Below, in pieces: positions 57,692 through 64,000 of a stretch of 64,000 nt of DNA. This DNA comes from an uncultured Actinomycetes bacterium. Lineage in GTDB: Bacteria > Chloroflexota > Dormibacteria > Aeolococcales > Aeolococcaceae. The position numbers were made by a program, and so were the translations under genes. The notes beneath the pieces are model-generated. The model was not told the DNA's origin and did no database searches. It saw only the letters and a list, made by a program, of their open reading frames with translations. Position 1 is the stretch's first letter. The number at the start of each line of letters is the position of its first letter. The stretch spans positions 13,915-77,914 of the forward strand of contig CAZUDL010000002.1 in the NCBI GenBank assembly GCA_964618935.1, in the 5' to 3' direction.

Positions 57692-58387
57692 TTGAGCTCG
57701 CTGGCTCGGATCCTCGTGGTCGACGACGAGCCGTCGATCACCGACTTCATCGCACTCGGGCTCCGGCACGAGGGGTACGAGGTCGCCACCGCCGCCGACG
57801 GCCGGGCCGGGCTCCGCGCCGTCGCCGAGTTCAAGCCGGACCTGGCGATCCTCGACGTCATGATGCCGAACCTGGACGGGTTCGAACTGTGCCGGGCCAT
57901 CTCCGGCGAGCCGCGGCGCGGGATCATCATCCTCAGCGCCCGGGACGAGACCACCGACCGCATCCACGGCCTGGAGCTGGGCGCTGACGACTATCTGGTC
58001 AAGCCGTTCGAGTTCGGCGAGCTACTGGCCCGGATCAGGGCCGTGCTCCGGCGCCGCAATCCCGAGCTCACCCGGGTCCTCAGGGCCGGCGACCTCTCCA
58101 TCGACACCGCCACGCGGGAGGTGAGGGTCGGCGACCGGCTCCTCGACCTGTCGGTGCGCGAGTACGACCTCCTCCACTACCTCACCCTCAACGTCGAGCA
58201 GGTGCTGCCGCGTCAGCGGATCCTCGACGAGGTCTGGGGCTACAACTTCTTCGGCGACGAGAACAACATCGAGGTCTACATCCGCTACCTCCGCCAGAAG
58301 CTGGGGGATGCGGACCACGAGCGGATCCAGACCGTGCGCGGCGTCGGCTACCGGCTGCGCGCCACCGGTGGGGGCCCCGGCGCGTGA
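57692..58387 (+). CDS. OmpR-family response regulator
   Basis: 'ILVVDDEPSI', 'LAILDVMMP', 'IIILSARD', 'GVGYRL'. TTG start proposed; the six-frame ORF begins at 57605. Confidence 0.8.
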   Translation: MSSLARILVVDDEPSITDFIALGLRHEGYEVATAADGRAGLRAVAEFKPDLAILDVMMPNLDGFELCRAISGEPRRGIIILSARDETTDRIHGLELGADDYLVKPFEFGELLARIRAVLRRRNPELTRVLRAGDLSIDTATREVRVGDRLLDLSVREYDLLHYLTLNVEQVLPRQRILDEVWGYNFFGDENNIEVYIRYLRQKLGDADHERIQTVRGVGYRLRATGGGPGA

Positions 58388-59856
58388 GCCTCCTGCGGCG
58401 CGCCGGCGTGGCTCTGAGGAGCCTCCGCTGGCGCCTCACCCTCTCCTACGTCGGCCTGATCGCGGTGCTGCTCGCCGGACTCGGGGTCTTCCAGTACGAG
58501 ACGCTGCGGGACAGCCTGATCAACAGCCATGTCTCGGAGCGCAGCTTCGACCTGACCACCGCGGAGAGGCTGTACGCCGCCTCCGGCGAAACTGGCCAGA
58601 CGGATACCCAGAAGGTCGCCCTGCTGGCAAGCCTGATGAGCCAGGCGTCGGGGGCGCGGGTGGCGGTGGCCGTGTACGGTCCCGCCGGGGCGATGCTCCT
58701 GGTCCGCCCCGCCGGGAGCACTCCCCCCTCCCTCGCCGCGCCGGTCTTCCAGGCGCTGGTGAGCCAGGGCGTCCAGCGGCACGAGGTCGTCTCGACCTCG
58801 AGCGGCGACGAGCTGGTGGCCGGTTTCCCGCTGGGGAAGCTCGCCCTGAGACGGACCGCCGCCGTCCTCGAGACCTCGGAGCCGATGACCCCCATCGACA
58901 ACGTGCTCTCGGGGGACCTGACCATGCTCGTCCTCGGCGGCGCGGCGATGCTCCTCCTCGCCCTGATCATCGGCCTCCTCCTGACCGGGCGCACACTCCG
59001 GCCGCTGCGCCGCCTCACCGCGACGGCGGGCCGGCTCGCCGGGGGCGACCTGCGGGCCCGAACGCAGCTCCTGCCGCGCGGCGACGAGGTCGGCCAGCTG
59101 GCCACCGCCTTCGATCACATGGCGGACCGGATCGAGGGTGCCTTCGCCGCCCAGAGCGAGTCGGAGGCGAAGGTGCGGCGTTTCATCGCCGACGCGTCCC
59201 ACGAGCTGAGGACGCCGGTGACCGCCCTGAGCGGGTACCTCGAGGTCCTGCGCCGCGGCGCCGCCCACGACCAGGCGACGCTCGCGTCGGCGCTGGCCTC
59301 GATGGCGCGAGAGGCTGAACGGCTGCGGCTGCTGGTCACCGATCTGCTCACCCTCGCCCGCGTGGACGCCCAGGGCGCCCACACGGCGGAGGATTTCGAC
59401 GTCGTGCCGGCCCTGGGCCGGCTCCTCGACGAGGGTGTGCCGGGGATGCCGGAGCGCCTCGACCGCGACCTCCCGCCGGCGCCCGTCGTGGTCCGCTGCG
59501 ACCGGACCGCGCTCACCGCCATCGTCCGCAACCTCCTCGTCAACGCCTGCCGGTATGCCCCCGGGGCGCGCCAGCTCTGGTCGGTGACGAACGACGGTCG
59601 CAGGGCCCGGATCGATGCCCACGACGACGGCCCCGGGATCCCCGCCGCCGATCTGCCCCACGTCTTCGAGCGCTTCTATCGCGGTGAGAAGACCCGCGTC
59701 CGCGTCGAGGGGGGCACCGGTCTCGGTCTGGCCATCGTCCAGGGCCTGGCTCGTGCCCAGGGTGGTGACGCGGCCATCACCAGCAGCGAGGGTGCCGGGA
59801 CGACGGTCACCGTCTGGCTCCCCCTGGCGCCGGTGGGCCGGCCCGCCGCCGGGTGA
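58384..59856 (+). CDS. sensor histidine kinase (two transmembrane segments, HAMP, HisKA, HATPase_c)
   Basis: H-box 'ADASHELRTPV'. N-box 'RNLLVNACRYA'. G-boxes 'DDGPGI' and 'GGTGLGLAIV'. Start overlaps the regulator stop. Confidence 0.85.
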   Translation: MSLLRRAGVALRSLRWRLTLSYVGLIAVLLAGLGVFQYETLRDSLINSHVSERSFDLTTAERLYAASGETGQTDTQKVALLASLMSQASGARVAVAVYGPAGAMLLVRPAGSTPPSLAAPVFQALVSQGVQRHEVVSTSSGDELVAGFPLGKLALRRTAAVLETSEPMTPIDNVLSGDLTMLVLGGAAMLLLALIIGLLLTGRTLRPLRRLTATAGRLAGGDLRARTQLLPRGDEVGQLATAFDHMADRIEGAFAAQSESEAKVRRFIADASHELRTPVTALSGYLEVLRRGAAHDQATLASALASMAREAERLRLLVTDLLTLARVDAQGAHTAEDFDVVPALGRLLDEGVPGMPERLDRDLPPAPVVVRCDRTALTAIVRNLLVNACRYAPGARQLWSVTNDGRRARIDAHDDGPGIPAADLPHVFERFYRGEKTRVRVEGGTGLGLAIVQGLARAQGGDAAITSSEGAGTTVTVWLPLAPVGRPAAG

Positions 59857-59890
59857 CCGGCGCCCCTCCGGCGATTCCGCTGCGATCCCG

Positions 59891-61282
59891 CTAGGGCGGA
59901 CCGTCGACGTAGTAGTGGCGGCGCCAGCGGACCCAAAGGAACACGAGCAGGGCCACGAAGAGGACCTCGAAAAGGAGCGGAATCGGGAAGTGGAGGACAG
60001 CGCCGCCGATCCGGCCGATGAGGCTGGTCTGCGGCTTGGCGGTGGGCGTCGGCCCCGTCGCCTGCGCCGTCGGCGTGGCGACGATCGGCGTGCTGCTCCC
60101 CGGGGGCAGTGTCGCCACAGCACCGGAGGCGGTGGCGGCCGGGGGTGGGGTCGGAGCGGTGATGTCGACCTCCCGATAGATCACCGCGGCGCCCTCGTAG
60201 GTGTCGATCGCCGCCAGCACCGTCGGCTGTGGCGAGGTGGCGGCGACGGCGATGCTCTCCACCTCTCTTGAGGGGGCGTCCCCCGCCCCCTTCGTCGAGG
60301 GCAGGCCGGCATCGGCGACGCTGAAGGTCTGGCCTCCATCCGCCGAGCGGAGCAGGTCGCCCCCGCTGCTGCCCCCGGAGTCCGCCCCCGCATAGACGAG
60401 GTCGGGGTCGAGCGGGCTGAAGGTCGCCGTGGTCAGGTACAGATCGCTGGGGATGCCGGAACTCGCGTTCCACGCCGTGCCGTCGTCATCCGAGAAGAAG
60501 GTCCCCTTGCTGGTGGTGACGAGGAGCTGCTGCTGGCTCACCGTCGCCGCCAGCGGACCGGCGCTGATCCAGCTGGCGATCGCGCTCTTGGGGAGCCCGG
60601 CGGTCATCGGTGTCCAGACGCCGGCGGTCGGGCCACTCTGGAAGAGGAAGCCGTGGCTCAGGTCGCCGTCGTCGATGCCGGCGACGAAGACCGGCGTCGG
60701 GATGTAGGCGGACACCGCCAGCGAGCTGACGCTGTCCCCGTCGAGGCCACCGTCATGCCAGGTCTGCCCGTTGACGGAGAGTGCGACTCCGTCGTCGGTT
60801 CCGGCGGCGATGCCCCCTAGGCTGAAGGCGAAGCACCGCACGTTCCGGTTCTGCAGCCCGGTTGACACGTCGGACCACGTCTTGCCGCCGTCGGCGGAGT
60901 CCCGGATCCCCTGGTCGAAAAGGCCCGCATACAAGGTCGGCGTCGCCTGCCGGGTGTCGAAGCCCACCGCCCAGACCCGGACGCCGGTCAGACCGGAGAC
61001 GGCCCACGTCAGGCCCCCGTCCTGGCTGAGGTAGACCCCGGTGTCGGTGGCCGCCGCCGCCAGCGCCGGGTTGGCGGGGTCGAAGACGACCTGCCAGATC
61101 CTCCCCGAACCGAGGTTGGGAAGCTGCCCGGTGAGGACGAAGTCCGCCCGGGCTGTCACACCGAATCCCCCGCAGAGCAGCAGGACCGCCGCTGAGCCGG
61201 CCAGGAGGAGGGCGGCGAACCGTCGGGGCCACGATGGCCGCAGTGCCGGTTCCGCCGCTCCGACAACGATGGGAATCCGCAT
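59891..61282 (-). CDS. BNR/Asp-box repeat protein (Ycf48/sialidase-like beta-propeller) with signal peptide and C-terminal transmembrane anchor
   Basis: Asp-boxes 'SQDGGLTW', 'SADGGKTW', 'SDDDGTAW', 'SADGGQTF'. N-terminal signal sequence. Thr/Pro-rich linker and C-terminal transmembrane helix. Confidence 0.65.
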   Translation of the reverse strand: MRIPIVVGAAEPALRPSWPRRFAALLLAGSAAVLLLCGGFGVTARADFVLTGQLPNLGSGRIWQVVFDPANPALAAAATDTGVYLSQDGGLTWAVSGLTGVRVWAVGFDTRQATPTLYAGLFDQGIRDSADGGKTWSDVSTGLQNRNVRCFAFSLGGIAAGTDDGVALSVNGQTWHDGGLDGDSVSSLAVSAYIPTPVFVAGIDDGDLSHGFLFQSGPTAGVWTPMTAGLPKSAIASWISAGPLAATVSQQQLLVTTSKGTFFSDDDGTAWNASSGIPSDLYLTTATFSPLDPDLVYAGADSGGSSGGDLLRSADGGQTFSVADAGLPSTKGAGDAPSREVESIAVAATSPQPTVLAAIDTYEGAAVIYREVDITAPTPPPAATASGAVATLPPGSSTPIVATPTAQATGPTPTAKPQTSLIGRIGGAVLHFPIPLLFEVLFVALLVFLWVRWRRHYYVDGPP

Positions 61283-61416
61283 GGGTCCTCGGGAGCGGGC
61301 GCTGGGAAGATGATGGCAACGGAGGGCGCCGCCGCCCTCGCCGGCCCTGGAGCCGGTAGGCGCGGCCCAGGATACCAGCGCCATGCCCTGTCGGCCCACC
61401 CTGCGCGACCTCGGGC

Positions 61417-62700
61417 TCAGATCAGCGGCCGCCGGACCAGCGTGTGCTCACGGTCGGCCCCCACCGAGACGACGTCGACGGCCGCGCCGGCGAGCTCACC
61501 GAGGCGTTCGATGTACGCCTGGCACTCACGGGGAAGGTCCTCGAAGCGCCGGCAGTCCCGCGTCGACGACCGCCACCCGGGCATCTCCTCGTACACCGGT
61601 TCGGCGTGCTTGAGGTGGGAGATGTTCGACATCGGGTGGTCCCAGTACTCGCCCTTGCTGAGGTAGCCGGTGGCGATCTTGAGGGTCTCGACCTCGTCGA
61701 GCACGTCCACCTTGGTGACGACCATAGCGTCGATGCCGTTGGTGGCCACCGAGTACCGGGCGACGGCGGCATCGAACCAGCCGACCCGGCGGGCACGCCC
61801 GGTGACCGTGCCGAACTCCGCCCCGGTCTCGCGGATCCTCTCGCCCACGTCGTCGCGGAGCTCGGTTGGGAAGGGTCCGTAGCCGACCCTGGTCGTGTAC
61901 GCCTTGAAGACGCCCACCGTCTTGGTCACGCGTGATGGGGGGATGCCGCTGCCCGTCAGGGCCCCGGCGGCGGTGGGCGAGGACGAGGTCACGTAGGGAT
62001 AGGTGCCGAGGTCGAGGTCGAGCATGGCCCCCTGGGCCCCTTCGCAGAGGATGTTCCTGCCCTCGCGCAGTGCCGACTGGATGATGGGGTGGACGTCGCG
62101 GATGTACGGTTCGAGACGCTCCGCGTAGCCGAGGTACTCGGTGAGGATGGCCTGCTCGTCGAAGGGCGCGTGGCCATAGAGGCGGACAAGGGATTCGTTC
62201 TTCAGGCGGAGGACGAAGCGGAGCTTCTTCTCGAGGAAGGCGGGCTTGGTGAGATCCCCGATGCGGAACCCGACGCGCCGGACCTTGTCCTCGTAGGCGG
62301 GGCCGATGCCGCGATGGGTGGTGCCGAGGCGGTCGTCGCCACGCTGCTGCTCGCCCAGCTCGTCGAGGACCGGGTGATAGGGCATGACCATGTGAGCCCG
62401 GTCGCTGATGATGAGGTTGCGGGTGTCGATTCCGTGCCCGTTGTGCTCGTCCAGCTCCGCCAGGAAGGATTTGGGGTTGACCACCATGCCGTGGCCGATG
62501 ACGCACATCGTCGTCGGGGAGAGGATCCCGCTGGGGATGAGCCGGAACTTGTACTGCGTGCCGCCGACGACGACCGTGTGACCGGCGTTGTCGCCGCCGC
62601 CGGAGCGCACCACGAGGTCGACGGAAGCGGCGAGGAGGTCGATGACCTTGCCCTTGCCTTCGTCGCCCCACTGGCCGCCGACGAGGATGGTGACGCTGAT
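61417..62700 (-). CDS. purA: adenylosuccinate synthetase (apparent ATC initiation codon)
   Basis: 'ILVGGQWGDEGKGKVIDLLA' P-loop at the N-terminus, 'GDNAGHTVV', 'GTTHRGIGPAYEDK'. No ATG/GTG/TTG is in frame between the upstream TGA (62794-62796) and the P-loop. 'GGAG' lies 9-12 nt before ATC at 62698-62700. Confidence 0.85.
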   Translation of the reverse strand: MSVTILVGGQWGDEGKGKVIDLLAASVDLVVRSGGGDNAGHTVVVGGTQYKFRLIPSGILSPTTMCVIGHGMVVNPKSFLAELDEHNGHGIDTRNLIISDRAHMVMPYHPVLDELGEQQRGDDRLGTTHRGIGPAYEDKVRRVGFRIGDLTKPAFLEKKLRFVLRLKNESLVRLYGHAPFDEQAILTEYLGYAERLEPYIRDVHPIIQSALREGRNILCEGAQGAMLDLDLGTYPYVTSSSPTAAGALTGSGIPPSRVTKTVGVFKAYTTRVGYGPFPTELRDDVGERIRETGAEFGTVTGRARRVGWFDAAVARYSVATNGIDAMVVTKVDVLDEVETLKIATGYLSKGEYWDHPMSNISHLKHAEPVYEEMPGWRSSTRDCRRFEDLPRECQAYIERLGELAGAAVDVVSVGADREHTLVRRPLI

Positions 62701-62793
62701 GGCCGGTGCTCCAGAGGCGCGGATCGGACAGCGGCAGAGTAGCCGATCACCGGTGGGCGCGGCCCGCGGCGGGGAGCCTGCCCCGGTGCCGCC

Positions 62794-63720
62794 TCAGGCG
62801 CGCCGCCAGAGGTCGAGCGGGTCGGAGCCGCGCCGGAAGCCGGCCGCCTCGGCGACCTCAACCGCGATGGCGAAGCCGGCGGCGAGATGAACCGGGCTGT
62901 GCGCGTCGCTGCCGAAGGTGATCGCCTCCCCACCCGCCTGCCGCCACCAGCGCAGCGGGACGAGACCGGGGCACAGGCCTCGGGGCGCTTCCATGGCGCG
63001 GCTGGTGTTGACCTCCAGGGCCCGGCCGCTCGTCGCCAGGGCGCGCAGGACGGCTCGGTACTCCTCCTCGAAGGCCTCCTCGTCGAAGACCAGCCGCTCG
63101 TGGGGCCAGTACCGCTTGGGGTAGTCGAGGTGGGCGAGGATGGCGAACGGCGCCGGGCTCTCGACGAGGTCCAGGGTTGCCGCCAGGAAGGTGCGGATCC
63201 GGGAGGCGGCGTTGGCGGGGAGGAGCAGGCCCGGCGAGCTCATGTCGACGAGCTCGCCGTCCACCGCGATGCAGTGCATCGATCCCAGCACGCGGTCCGG
63301 TCGCCGCTGCCCGAGGACGGCCGCGGCCTGGTCGGGGAAGAGATTGGGCTCCCCCAGCTCGATGCCGCTCTCGATCCGGAGGCGCGGGTGGGCTGCCCGG
63401 CAGCGTTCGAGGGCCTCCCAGTAGCCGGCCATGTCCAGGTCACCGCTGCCGGCCGGATTGACGGGCACGCGCACCGGCCAGGTTCGACCGGCCGGCAGGG
63501 CCTCGTCCGGCGGGACCGACGTGGCCGAGGCGCCGGCCCGGGCCGCGGCCTCCAGACCTTTGCTCCGCTGCCAGACGGTGAAGTCGGCGTGGTCGGTGAA
63601 GGCGACGGCGGGGAGGCCGAGCTCCTCCGCCCTGGCGCACGTCGCCAGCATGTCCCCCCGGGCCGCGTCCCACGACCACTCGGTGTGGACGTGTCGATCG
63701 GGCACCGGTGGGGCGGCCAT
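62794..63720 (-). CDS. PHP-family histidinol-phosphatase-like protein
   Basis: 'DRHVHTEWSWD' and 'VAFTDHADF' PHP motifs. C-terminal 'FGSDAHSP'. Confidence 0.65.
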   Translation of the reverse strand: MAAPPVPDRHVHTEWSWDAARGDMLATCARAEELGLPAVAFTDHADFTVWQRSKGLEAAARAGASATSVPPDEALPAGRTWPVRVPVNPAGSGDLDMAGYWEALERCRAAHPRLRIESGIELGEPNLFPDQAAAVLGQRRPDRVLGSMHCIAVDGELVDMSSPGLLLPANAASRIRTFLAATLDLVESPAPFAILAHLDYPKRYWPHERLVFDEEAFEEEYRAVLRALATSGRALEVNTSRAMEAPRGLCPGLVPLRWWRQAGGEAITFGSDAHSPVHLAAGFAIAVEVAEAAGFRRGSDPLDLWRRA

Positions 63721-64000
63721 CGGCGGCAATCCTAGAATCCCACCGTGGATGCGTGAGGTGGAATCCGCCGGGCCACTCCCTGACGAGGGTGCCGTCCGTC
63801 CCTCCGGGGGGGACGCCGCCGGCGCGCACCGCGCGCTGGTGCGCGTCGCGGAGATCGCCGAGGAGCGGCGGCCCCACGACCCTCCGGAGATCCCCCTCCA
63901 CCTAGCCGGCGATCCCGGGACGGTCGGGCTCCAGCTCCGCACCACGCTGCGCCGGGTGGCGATGAGCGGCGGGCTGGCCCGCCGCGAGGATCTGGTGAGC

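Noticed and set aside
57528-57963. N-terminal 145 aa of the six-frame ORF 56500..57963
   Set aside because: This part is antisense to the response-regulator gene and Ser/Arg-rich. The PAP2 protein is complete from the ATG at 57528.

Overview
This is about 64 kb of a roughly 70% GC, Gram-positive-type chromosome, most likely a deep-branching Actinobacteria-like or Chloroflexi-like lineage. Sortase LPXTG sorting signals, a short-form YidC, DciA (DUF721) and DUF11 repeat proteins all fit that. The window spans the chromosomal replication origin. The gene block rpmH-rnpA-yidD-yidC-jag runs on the minus strand and diverges from dnaA-dnaN, with a DnaA-box cluster upstream of dnaA and a relatively AT-rich dnaA-dnaN spacer. 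parA-parB and a parS-like site lie about 8 kb away. recF and dciA are inverted and fused into a cell-envelope operon. Everything else is dense housekeeping and accessory coding sequence. A hybrid ISC/SUF iron-sulfur cluster assembly operon runs iscS-rrf2-sufC-sufB-sufD-Rieske-sufS-sufU-sufT; its SufB carries a 341-aa intein with a LAGLIDADG homing endonuclease domain. The window also contains Fe/Mn superoxide dismutase, signal peptidase I, ndk, an M16 peptidase, a folK-folP pair (folP with an N-terminal extension), an orphan beta-class DNA methyltransferase, two tandem GDP-mannose 4,6-dehydratase paralogues next to a flippase, fabI-fabF, an inositol monophosphatase, a GGDEF-EAL protein, a 2576-aa LPXTG-anchored DUF11-repeat surface protein, tRNA-Lys(CUU), a two-component system, a BNR-repeat protein, purA and two PHP phosphoesterases. 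A Upf1-like SF1B helicase with an N-terminal zinc-ribbon domain is coupled to a glutaredoxin-like/PDZ fusion. Four observations stand out. The SufB intein sits 7 kb from a free-standing LAGLIDADG-like gene. rpmH and purA have no canonical in-frame start codon; AUC preceded by a Shine-Dalgarno motif is the best candidate, and rnpA appears to start with CUG. The origin region is rearranged. The helicase/Grx-PDZ pair is an unexplained module. Many long antisense ORFs in the six-frame track are high-GC artefacts.
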